A stretch of 64,000 nt of DNA, from NCBI GenBank assembly GCA_044226015.1, contig JBGAHS010000005.1:671116-735115 (forward strand), written 5' to 3'. The notes below the pieces were generated by a model, which saw nothing but the letters and a program-made list of their open reading frames with translations, searched no databases and had not been told where the DNA came from. The position numbers were made by a program, and so were the translations under genes. Of the stretch, positions 30,721 to 39,831 are shown in pieces. This DNA comes from Candidatus Obscuribacteraceae bacterium (GTDB lineage: Bacteria; Cyanobacteriota; Vampirovibrionia; Obscuribacterales; Obscuribacteraceae). Numbering within the stretch: the first letter of the stretch is position 1; every line of letters starts with the position of its first letter.

Positions 30721-31719
30721 TCAATTCTGATGCTTCGATTTCTCTATGTACGACTCAATAGACGATTTTACTGCTTCAGTCGCTATACTCGGAATGTTGC
30801 TACCGACTTTAGCGGCAATTTCTCTCAATGCTTTGTTATCTTTGGAGTCCGACAGCTGCTCTGACTTCGCCAGAAATTTCATCGACTCTTCGAACACCAC
30901 TTTTGCGGCACCTTCAGTTGGGTTCAGTTTTGAAAACTTACTCGCCTCAACTAGAAAGCCAAGTGCCAGGTCTCTAGCCCGTTTCCCATTTAGCCGATCA
31001 TCCGGTGATGGTTTCTTGTAAAAGTCATTGTTCATATGCAGAATTGCTTTGCTTAGATCCGGCGCAGTCTCGGGGTTTAATGCTACTTTTTCCAATTGAT
31101 CAAATACGGACGGTATGTCATGTGAGCCATAGATTTGATCAAGTTTCGTTTCAACTTTCTGTTGTTCATCATGTAATTGTTTCTTGTATTCTTCATTCAT
31201 AGGCTGTCCATTTATTACCTCACCTTTGTGAGCGTCTACGTCGTTCTGAGCCTCTAGAAGAGTGCCAGCAGCAACACGAAGGAAAGTTGTGGCTTCGCCT
31301 GTGAAATCATAATTTAAGCCTTGAAGGATACGACCCTTCGTATCTGCGTGCGATGTTAGATCCAATCTTGTTCCTGAGTAGAGACGAAACTCACCGAGTG
31401 CTGCTGACACAATAGCTCTTGCTCGCTTATTTGGTGTGCTGTCATTCATTGCGTCTCGCATGTCCAATTCAAGGGTAATCTCGTCTTTCTTTCCGATTGC
31501 TACGCCTTTGTTGATGGCATTGTCAAATGAGTAGTTCGTTTTGTCTTTCTCATCAGCAGCAAGAGCCACATGAAAATCATCGAGCATAGCTGCCGCTGTG
31601 GGGCTTATTCTTTTAGGTGGATGTTCCCCCAGGAATTCTTGTTGCAATATGTTTGTCGCATCTGTCCAGCGAGTTGTTGTCTTGTTCTCGCTATTCTCAA
31701 CCTTGCTGTCATTCGCCAT
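30721..31719 (-). CDS. Hypothetical helical protein
   Basis: 332-aa ORF, GAGG RBS. Confidence 0.7.
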   Translation of the reverse strand: MANDSKVENSENKTTTRWTDATNILQQEFLGEHPPKRISPTAAAMLDDFHVALAADEKDKTNYSFDNAINKGVAIGKKDEITLELDMRDAMNDSTPNKRARAIVSAALGEFRLYSGTRLDLTSHADTKGRILQGLNYDFTGEATTFLRVAAGTLLEAQNDVDAHKGEVINGQPMNEEYKKQLHDEQQKVETKLDQIYGSHDIPSVFDQLEKVALNPETAPDLSKAILHMNNDFYKKPSPDDRLNGKRARDLALGFLVEASKFSKLNPTEGAAKVVFEESMKFLAKSEQLSDSKDNKALREIAAKVGSNIPSIATEAVKSSIESYIEKSKHQN

Positions 31720-31951
31720 TTTTTTTGCCTCTAAGAGATTAAGCTCATAGTGCTAAGGTAAATTCCACAACGTGAAATGGATGTGTGTCTGAGGCTGTCT
31801 ATTTGTACAGTCTTTGCTCGAATATTCAGTACGCTTATGCAGGCTAGCGTTTTAATTGTCATACTTGCGTATTCTCTTATCACGAAGCACATTGAAGATA
31901 TTCTTTCGCGGTGACCCTTCAAGGGTATAATGTGCAAAAGAGGATGCGAAT

Positions 31952-32740
31952 ATGGACAAAAAGCTTGGCTTGATTTTATTTGCGCTAACACTTAGTTGTG
32001 AGGCTCATGCTGGATCGAATGAGGACTTTCAGCAGTATTTGGCTAACAGGAAATACAGAGTCAATCTTCTAAACCAGGCACAACGCTTAAAGGAAACCAA
32101 TTATCCTGAAGCGGAAAAGACTCTACTCCAATTTTTTACCATTTCACAGAAATCACCTGCAGGCTCGGATGAAAGAGTTTCGGCGTACGAAACGATGTTT
32201 TCTTGGTACAGTCATTTGGAACTATACAAGGCAAAAGAGCATCCAGAGGCTAAAGCTAAGTGTGAGTATTACCTTGGTTTGCTAGAGCCTCTTTTGGTAA
32301 ATCGGTCAAAAGAAACCAACAACCAATCGATTTTGCGTTACATGCAGTCTGTTTCTAGTTATTACGAACAAAAGCGACGCTCGGACAAAGTCGATTTCTA
32401 CTACAAACAAATGGTCGACTTGAGTAAACTCAACCCGATGGGTTCAGTGCAAACTGCGACTTTGCTAGACGAGTGGTCGGACAAAAAGAATAGAGCTGGA
32501 GATTACAAGCAAGCTGAGCAACATATGGTGGAAGCTCTCTACTACTGGGACATGTTGCCTCCAACCGATCAGCATCGAGCCAATGCTCACCTGCGAGCCT
32601 ATAACTGGTATTTCAGATTTGGTGAAACTCAGAAAGCAGACCGGCAAAAAACCTTGCTTACAGAGATTCTTGGTGCCAGGGCGAGCGAAGAGCTTCTAAA
32701 ACCGAAAAAACACATTTGCTACGGTTGCGGGCGAGGATGA
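31952..32740 (+). CDS. Secreted TPR-like protein with C-terminal CxxCGxG motif (candidate MNIO substrate)
   Basis: Signal peptide (AHA), helical repeats, ends HICYGCGRG; TATAAT at 31926, GAGG RBS. Confidence 0.75.
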   Translation: MDKKLGLILFALTLSCEAHAGSNEDFQQYLANRKYRVNLLNQAQRLKETNYPEAEKTLLQFFTISQKSPAGSDERVSAYETMFSWYSHLELYKAKEHPEAKAKCEYYLGLLEPLLVNRSKETNNQSILRYMQSVSSYYEQKRRSDKVDFYYKQMVDLSKLNPMGSVQTATLLDEWSDKKNRAGDYKQAEQHMVEALYYWDMLPPTDQHRANAHLRAYNWYFRFGETQKADRQKTLLTEILGARASEELLKPKKHICYGCGRG

Positions 32741-32742
32741 TA

Positions 32743-33960
32743 TTAGCTGCCCGATTTTACAGCCCACTTTTTTGTCAAAGTCTTCGCCAGGTGAATCATT
32801 CTCGGTTCAAAAGTCTCTATCAATGTTCGAAAAGAAATCAATTTCGGGTCTTCGATAAGTGTGTTTTTGATTTCTTTTTCTTCGAGATTCCCAAACAATA
32901 GGTCGAGTAATTTCTCCTCGTAATAATCCAGTATTTCGAGTTCGTCAATATATTCAAGTTTGGCATCAATCAGCTCGGAGTTTGCCAGGGTGGATTCGCT
33001 GTAATCTCTTGAGCTCGTGCAATTCTTGGGAGTGTTTTTCGTTTGAACGCTACTAACATATTGAGGTGATGCTGATTTTACGAGCGAAGTGCCGCTACAA
33101 AATGACTCAACCATATTTTTTGTCTCGCGATAATCGTTGCGGAGTTGTTGTGCGTCTGACTCCGATTGTATCGTATTTGCGAGGCGCTCAAAAATTACAA
33201 ATTCCAATGCCGGGCAGAACTTGAGTGCTAGAGGCAAAAGCTCGAATAAGGATTGCGGTATTTCATTGTCGTGAGTATCTCTTCTTATCAATTTAGAATT
33301 GTCGTATGACGACCAGGAGCCGCCTGAGATGTGAATCTCTTTCACGCGAGAAAGTGGGTACCATGACAATATTTCTATAGCGTCTAAATCAAAGTTCTCC
33401 ATCTGACAATAGAGATTGTGCAGGTCGAGTAGCAAGAAACCGTTGGTTAACTCTAGCAACTCTCTAATGAAGCCCGCTTGATCCTTAGCTTCTTCAGCAC
33501 TAAATGCGAAGGCAAGATTCTCCAATCCAATCGGACAAGAAGAGAGCTTTGCTAATACTCTCAGTTTGTCGCTTGCTAGAGCTTTTGCGGTTTTGCACCG
33601 CGGTACGGGCAGTGGACTTGTGTCATCAAATCCGGTGGCGCGGCTGAATCCATAATGTTCGGAAATGTGAAGGTAATTTCGGACTTCACACTCATGTCTA
33701 AACTGTCTTAACCAATCATCTTGAATGTCCGAATCTTTTGCTGTTAGCGCTGAAAATCCAACTCCATGACCAAGCAGTCTGTTACTGCTGCTAAACTCCA
33801 TCAATCGAGCTTGCACCCAGTCAGGAAGAGGTTCTGGTCCCCATCCCATGTCGAAGCTCCACTCAAGTACCTCTATGATTTCTTGCTCAAATAGTTCTTT
33901 TGTAGCTGTGTAAAAATCGGAACTCGGCATCAACGAAATTCCGCAGCGAATTGATGACAT
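32743..33960 (-). CDS. DUF692 / multinuclear non-heme iron oxidase (MNIO), ChrH-like
   Basis: LEWSFD, HGVGFS, ISEHYGF, GLENLAFAF, LLLDLHNLYCQ, EIHISGG, RRDTHD, IFER. Confidence 0.9.
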   Translation of the reverse strand: MSSIRCGISLMPSSDFYTATKELFEQEIIEVLEWSFDMGWGPEPLPDWVQARLMEFSSSNRLLGHGVGFSALTAKDSDIQDDWLRQFRHECEVRNYLHISEHYGFSRATGFDDTSPLPVPRCKTAKALASDKLRVLAKLSSCPIGLENLAFAFSAEEAKDQAGFIRELLELTNGFLLLDLHNLYCQMENFDLDAIEILSWYPLSRVKEIHISGGSWSSYDNSKLIRRDTHDNEIPQSLFELLPLALKFCPALEFVIFERLANTIQSESDAQQLRNDYRETKNMVESFCSGTSLVKSASPQYVSSVQTKNTPKNCTSSRDYSESTLANSELIDAKLEYIDELEILDYYEEKLLDLLFGNLEEKEIKNTLIEDPKLISFRTLIETFEPRMIHLAKTLTKKWAVKSGS

Positions 33961-34027
33961 ATTCGTGTTTCCTTCCATTGTGCTGTTGGTTGATATGCGT
34001 GCGCAGTGCATCGCAGAGTTTCCGCAC

Positions 34028-35299
34028 TTACTCTAGCTGTATTTTTGAATCTTTAGAAATACTCTCGCTATTGGTGTTTAGAACACCTGCTGCAGCCTTA
34101 TTTTCCCAATCTCTTACAGCAAAATACATAAACGACATGCTCCAAAGTTGACCCAAGGCTACTGCAGTTCCAAAATGTTGGAACCAATTATCAGCACCAG
34201 AATTGAGAGCAATCCACAATACGCTAAGTGCAGGTCCTAAACCTGTAAGCAAACACCTGTATGGAATTCCGGTTTCTCGCTTTGTGGTGGCATCTTCGAG
34301 ATCTTTAGAGAGTCTGTAATAATATAACCCGATGCCAAAGGTTTGAATCAATAGGGTCGCAACAACTAGCCATGTGGAAAATGCAAGAGCTAAAATTACG
34401 CTCGTTTTATCAAGGCTTTGGGTCCGAAGAAACAATGTGTTGATGACTTGCGCTATCACGGCAACCATAATGCCTGTTGTTGTTAAAGTACCAATGTTGG
34501 CTCCTACCCATGCCTGAATCGGACCCAGGTAGGCAAGCGCCGGGTTCTTTTCTTTCAAGCGTTGTTGAGTTATGACTGCGAGCCAAGACTGTATTGGATC
34601 AAAAATCGCAGCAAAAATTCCTACACTTGTAATTGCTCCCCATCCAGGAATGTATCCCAAGCATGTTAGTGCGCAAATTCCAATTAGAGCTATGACTGCA
34701 TTGCGGTATGCAGAAGAAATTCGATGGTCCTCTTTTGTTTGCGATTTTAGTGCAGTCCACAGGGCTGCTGCCCACCCGACACCACTCCATCCCAGCAAGG
34801 TATTGAGTAAGACCACTAAATTACTTTTAGAGCTTTTTCGAAATCCAGCCAAGATCATGGGCAGGAAAATGAGCACGGGGATGATTAGATAACCAGCGAA
34901 AACTCCTGCTGCCGTGGGCATCAAGTATGGCATGGGACCTGGAGTGAAAAATGACTGAACTGTAGCAATGCTTATAGATGAAATGACAACTACAATCCAT
35001 GCAAGAACACAATGGTGCGCGAGGCTCTTCTTAGCATGGATCTTGGGCAGATCAATTTGCCTTTCCTTGATCTGCGGATATTCTTCTTGTTTGATAACTG
35101 ATTGGTTGGCTTGCCCTTCTGAATCATGCAGTTCGCGCGAAGAATTCTGTATTTGTGAGTCGAGCTTTGGAACGGCTGCTGGAGCTGCTTTAGCCGCAGC
35201 TTGAGTTGCAGTGTTTTCTTCTGCGTCAGCTTTAGCCGTGACAATCGTTATGTCATCCGGACGCTGTTCTAGCTTTTGCTCGTTTGTTTCTGAATTCAT
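34028..35299 (-). CDS. Multi-TM protein with embedded superinfection-immunity (T4 Imm-like) domain
   Basis: IFLPMILA..RK....V.LLNTLLGWSGVGWAAALWTAL plus several further TM helices. Confidence 0.75.
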   Translation of the reverse strand: MNSETNEQKLEQRPDDITIVTAKADAEENTATQAAAKAAPAAVPKLDSQIQNSSRELHDSEGQANQSVIKQEEYPQIKERQIDLPKIHAKKSLAHHCVLAWIVVVISSISIATVQSFFTPGPMPYLMPTAAGVFAGYLIIPVLIFLPMILAGFRKSSKSNLVVLLNTLLGWSGVGWAAALWTALKSQTKEDHRISSAYRNAVIALIGICALTCLGYIPGWGAITSVGIFAAIFDPIQSWLAVITQQRLKEKNPALAYLGPIQAWVGANIGTLTTTGIMVAVIAQVINTLFLRTQSLDKTSVILALAFSTWLVVATLLIQTFGIGLYYYRLSKDLEDATTKRETGIPYRCLLTGLGPALSVLWIALNSGADNWFQHFGTAVALGQLWSMSFMYFAVRDWENKAAAGVLNTNSESISKDSKIQLE

Positions 35300-35308
35300 T
35301 GAAGAGCG

Positions 35309-36124
35309 CTACGTTTTGATTTTAATGGAACATAAACTACGCCAGAGAATTAAGAAGACCGATCCGATCACCATTGGTGGGGCACCGCCCGCCCACATGG
35401 CTGGGCAAAAATGCCAGTTTGTTTGAGCACCGTATATAATGGCATAGACGCCTTGTGCGCAAATCAATGAAATGAGTGCCAGCAAAGCCGGGCTCAAGGG
35501 GAGGGGTGATAACATGTATGGCATGTCTTTTTCTACGCCAGGCGATTCTGAAATTCTCTCCGCCAGATCATAGAATTCGTTTTCTGAATCTATGCCACCA
35601 TTCTTGATTATGCTCTTCCCGTCTTTACACCTTATTTGCAGTGTATAACCTTGCTCTATGCCATTTCGCGTCTGTCGCTTTCGTACCCGAACGCCGCTGA
35701 TACTTGAAAGCGGAATCTTTTGAAGAACATTTCTAAATATGCCTGATTTTCGTACGATTAGTTTCTTTCCTTTTTCATCTAAGCTAAGGTCCGTGTTTTC
35801 GGAGAAAAGTAAAACAATAGACAGAATCAGGAACATGCCAGAAATGAGGCGAATTATGGCGATGTCTTCGCCAGATTGATTTGCGATTTTGGCTGCGAAC
35901 ATGAGAATAAAAATTGAAATAGAAGCTAAAATGCAGGAGAAAGCTAGAATTCCTCCTGCCTGCGATTTTCGAACTACTTGTTTGCTCACCGAAGCTTTCT
36001 CAGGTACTGTTTCCTTAGTATTCCCGTTTGCTTGAAACCAATAACGGGACGCTTCGATAAGGATTGCAACTTTAAGTTTGCCTTTAGCTTTTCGTCGGAT
36101 TAGGTTGTTGGCGAACCTTTGCAC
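35309..36124 (-). CDS. Membrane protein (2 TM - PH-like insert - 2 TM)
   Basis: Hydrophobicity pattern; start uncertain. Confidence 0.6.
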   Translation of the reverse strand: MQRFANNLIRRKAKGKLKVAILIEASRYWFQANGNTKETVPEKASVSKQVVRKSQAGGILAFSCILASISIFILMFAAKIANQSGEDIAIIRLISGMFLILSIVLLFSENTDLSLDEKGKKLIVRKSGIFRNVLQKIPLSSISGVRVRKRQTRNGIEQGYTLQIRCKDGKSIIKNGGIDSENEFYDLAERISESPGVEKDMPYMLSPLPLSPALLALISLICAQGVYAIIYGAQTNWHFCPAMWAGGAPPMVIGSVFLILWRSLCSIKIKT

Positions 36125-36228
36125 CTCGCAAAATTCCTAGGCTATCAACTTGAGAAAATTCCTGAGCTCTCAAGCATGGTCGCGTAAGAGGAACTGAGTG
36201 CGGCGCTGGCTAGATCTTATCAAAGTTG

Positions 36229-37317
36229 CTAGCTATGCGGTTTCGATTTTGATTCGTAATCGGGAGGCAGCAATATGAACGTTCCGTTTTCTTCATTAAA
36301 GGAACTGTTGCCTTTTAGCGGTTCATATATTCCAACTCCTTTGCTTGACGAGTTGTGGTTGACCTTCTCCTCTCCTGGATAGGCATAGCCGATGTGGCCG
36401 GCCTTTTGCAGTTTCATGTGGTCGTCCACTTTTGGTGGGCGCACAATTATTGCCAGGTCATTGTTCTCGTCGATTCCCTGCGCTAATTTCATTGCGGAGT
36501 CAATTGATGTGGGCTTGAAGCCTGCTACTAGAAGTTGTCCGACGGCTCCGTTAACATCAAGGTCGTGGTGTACTAATCCTGCAGCCGCCAATGGAGTGGT
36601 CACATAGTCGGCACAACCCAGTCGTCCGCTCTTAGTTTCGTCGGAGTAGCCGTTCTCCTTCCAAATAGATCGGCCGACCTGCTGCATGCCAAGCCTATGT
36701 AATTGCTCATACATCGAGTCATTCCAAGGATGGTCTTCGTTGAGTTGTTCTCTCCTGAGTTCGGCCGCTGTTTCAAGAGCATATTTCTGATTTTCTACAT
36801 TCTTTAATTCAGCAGGGCTAGGTAAATGGTTTAGTTTTACAGAAAGAATCGCCTTTTCCAGAAGAAACTCATGAGCATTATTTGAACCTGGTTTGTCTTT
36901 CATTATTTGATTGGCTGCTTCTCCTAACAGCCAGTAGTAAGCCTCATGTCGCACCTTCTCTGGTAAATGTCCTGATGAAATTTCTAGCCCAGGAAGATTT
37001 CGCAGTGAAGTGTCATCGGGTTTCGATTTCAGCGTTTCCTTCGCGTCTGCAAGCTTATCTTTTGATTGCTGTGGAATCTCGTTGTAATAAGCAGCTTTAT
37101 TAAGGAGAGGGGTGTCAAAGGCTTTGAGCCAGCGTGCTAATTGTTCAGTCCGTAGATTTTGGCTTGGATCTGAGCCAGGCTTGTCGTGTTGATTGCAGTC
37201 GTTCTGGCATATATCTGCAAGGTTCAAACGAGATGGAAGTTTACTCTCTTCATTTGTATCTCTTGCAATTTCGTCTTTGCTCATATTTTGTACTTTTCGA
37301 TTTGAGTGCCTGTACAA
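36229..37317 (-). CDS. Hypothetical protein with C-terminal papain-like/amidase-type domain
   Basis: GRLGCADYV..GHIG..HNSSS Cys/His pattern. Confidence 0.6.
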   Translation of the reverse strand: MYRHSNRKVQNMSKDEIARDTNEESKLPSRLNLADICQNDCNQHDKPGSDPSQNLRTEQLARWLKAFDTPLLNKAAYYNEIPQQSKDKLADAKETLKSKPDDTSLRNLPGLEISSGHLPEKVRHEAYYWLLGEAANQIMKDKPGSNNAHEFLLEKAILSVKLNHLPSPAELKNVENQKYALETAAELRREQLNEDHPWNDSMYEQLHRLGMQQVGRSIWKENGYSDETKSGRLGCADYVTTPLAAAGLVHHDLDVNGAVGQLLVAGFKPTSIDSAMKLAQGIDENNDLAIIVRPPKVDDHMKLQKAGHIGYAYPGEEKVNHNSSSKGVGIYEPLKGNSSFNEENGTFILLPPDYESKSKPHS

Positions 37318-37512
37318 GAACGTAGCGCTGGGCGAAAGCTAATGGATAGTAATTTCGCTAATCAGGCGATTTTGATCCTAAGTTCGCCCACGTGAATTTT
37401 TCATGAAAATAAGAGGTTCTTTTTGAAAAGATCCTTTTTACGCATTGCATTTGATTAGATCAAACTTGTGGCAGAGTAGCATGAGCAGTTGCAAATTGAG
37501 CCTTTCTCAAAC

Positions 37513-39831
37513 TTAGAGTGCTTTTGTTTCATTCTTGCCATACTTTGTGCGTTCCCGCTGATATTCTTCGCTCACTTGCTTTGCTAATGATTGATCTACC
37601 TTTGATGAAAGCTGGTAAAGTTGGTTAGCTTTGCACAAGGGAATAAGATGTTCTGGTTGCCAGCCAAAGCAGTCCCATCGCTTGTAGATGCTCCATAATT
37701 GAGCGGCTAAAGTTGCTTTTGACTCCTCTAACGGTCCATCAGACATCGTTTTCGAGAGTTCTGTTTCTGCTTTGATTTTCTTGCCGAGCAAGGAGAGGCA
37801 ACAATATTCTTCTGCCGAGCACCTTCGGAAACCTGCTATATCCCCACGGTTTTTGCAAATTTGTTTTGCTTCTGCAAAGAGCTTTCTAGAGTTCTCTACC
37901 TCATCAAGCCACTCTTTCGGGTGTAAGTTTCGATAGCGAATCTCACCAGAATTTTGCTTTTCTGCCCAGGTGTTCATTGACCACTCGGCAGAATAAGAGA
38001 GGAAATTGGCTTTGTCTCTTTCTGCAATCGAAGATATTTGTAGATACCCTATTTCGTCGGTTGGGCTGAGTCCAGCGATCGATTTCTTTTTCGATTTTTC
38101 AGCAAGACTGGCTCGTTTTGTAGTAAATGATTGTAATAGCTGTCTCGCAGATTCCCAGCGTTTTGCGATCGACATTTCTATTGCTGCTTCCAGGGCTCTT
38201 TGCCCCTGTTGTTCTTCTGACGCTTCGCTATATATCAGCTTATCTGCTCGACGTTTGGCCTCATCAACTCGATTGAGGTTTGACAATACTCTGATTCTGT
38301 ATAACTCTAATTTAGGAGATGCATGGAGCTTCTTTGCTTTTTCGATTGTCGCCAGTGCGCTGTCATATTCTCCAGTTCCGTTTCTTCCTTCGATTAGACC
38401 TTGATATGCGATCCACCTTTGGTCGTTGGTTAAAGTCTTGCTCTTCTCTACAAAGTCATTGAGGCGATTAACGTCGTCTCGATATGCTTCTGTGTCGGAG
38501 TTTGATCCACTAGCGGTCAGTCTCATACTGATGATTTTACAGAGAAGTCCATCGTCTGCTTTGCTCTTTACCGAGTCATAGATTGAGTCCATGAGTTTTT
38601 GCGCGGAAGAGGCTTCCCCATCCGCCAGCATCAGGTGCGCTAACAAAATGTTTGCGTCCACCAAAGATTCACTGGACATTGTTGCTCGATTGCTTGCTTG
38701 TTGCAGCCATAATTCCAAAAACCTTCGGGCTTCCAAGAATTTTCCTCGCCCTTGCAACGAGTTGACTATGGATTGAATTTCTTCCCAGTCACAGTGCCAT
38801 AAATTTCGTGGTTCTTTTGGTGCTGAGACCTTGCTTTTGCTTTTCTTGGTAAATCCCATCTGGACGCTTCTTTTCTGCAAATAGAGTCCGCTCAGAAGGA
38901 TGCTTACTACAATTGCTGCAACTGCTAGTAGTGGCATCATTGAGCGGGCTGTCTTCCTGCTCGTGGGTCCACCTGTGACCTTATCATCATGTCCATTTAA
39001 AATAGCTGTGATGTCGTTAGCCATTTCTTCTAAATTGCCATATCGATGCTGCGGTTCTTTTGCAAGTGATTTGTACAAAACCCGATCGATTGCGCGGGGG
39101 ATCGACTCTTTCGGTAGGAGTTCTTCCAATGTGACCCATTGCTCATTTATGTGTTTGTGGAACACACCAAATGCGTTGTCGGCCTCGTATGGAACGTGTC
39201 CCGAAATTAATTCGTAGAGGATCACCCCGATTGCATAGGTGTCTGATGCAGCTGTTGATTTCTGTCCCTGGCATTGCTCTGGGCTCATGTATTTTGGCGA
39301 GCCCAGTAACATTCCTGTAGCAGTGAGTGTATTGCCTTTTTGAGAAAATCTGCCCAACCCGAAATCAATTATCTTTATCTCGTCGCTATCATCAATCTTC
39401 AATATGTTTTCTGGCTTGAGATCTCGATGGACAATGCCAGCTTGATGGGCGGACTGCATTGAAAGACATACTTTTCTTATCAGGTTCAGAGACTCTCGCC
39501 AGTGTAGCTTCTCATTCGCATTCAAAAGTCCGCGCAATGATACACCCTTCACATATTCCATTGCGAAGTAGACCAGGTTGTCGTAAGTACCGAAATGGTA
39601 AAAGCTTACAATTCCTGGACTATTGAGATCGGCTAGTAGTCTTCCTTCGCGAATGAATCTTTCTCTATCTTCTTCATCAAATTGTTCTGCAGACATGATC
39701 TTCAGTGCAACCTGACGCCCAAGATCTTCCTGTTCGGCAAGGTAGACTGTTCCCATTCCGCCTACGCCTAATAGCTTGATTATCTTGAAGCGCTGGTCAA
39801 TTATGCTTCCTTCTTTCAGTTTTATCGCCAT
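37513..39831 (-). CDS. Ser/Thr protein kinase, TM + TPR-like
   Basis: LGVGGMGTVY, HRDLKPEN, DFG, YMSPE. Confidence 0.93.
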   Translation of the reverse strand: MAIKLKEGSIIDQRFKIIKLLGVGGMGTVYLAEQEDLGRQVALKIMSAEQFDEEDRERFIREGRLLADLNSPGIVSFYHFGTYDNLVYFAMEYVKGVSLRGLLNANEKLHWRESLNLIRKVCLSMQSAHQAGIVHRDLKPENILKIDDSDEIKIIDFGLGRFSQKGNTLTATGMLLGSPKYMSPEQCQGQKSTAASDTYAIGVILYELISGHVPYEADNAFGVFHKHINEQWVTLEELLPKESIPRAIDRVLYKSLAKEPQHRYGNLEEMANDITAILNGHDDKVTGGPTSRKTARSMMPLLAVAAIVVSILLSGLYLQKRSVQMGFTKKSKSKVSAPKEPRNLWHCDWEEIQSIVNSLQGRGKFLEARRFLELWLQQASNRATMSSESLVDANILLAHLMLADGEASSAQKLMDSIYDSVKSKADDGLLCKIISMRLTASGSNSDTEAYRDDVNRLNDFVEKSKTLTNDQRWIAYQGLIEGRNGTGEYDSALATIEKAKKLHASPKLELYRIRVLSNLNRVDEAKRRADKLIYSEASEEQQGQRALEAAIEMSIAKRWESARQLLQSFTTKRASLAEKSKKKSIAGLSPTDEIGYLQISSIAERDKANFLSYSAEWSMNTWAEKQNSGEIRYRNLHPKEWLDEVENSRKLFAEAKQICKNRGDIAGFRRCSAEEYCCLSLLGKKIKAETELSKTMSDGPLEESKATLAAQLWSIYKRWDCFGWQPEHLIPLCKANQLYQLSSKVDQSLAKQVSEEYQRERTKYGKNETKAL

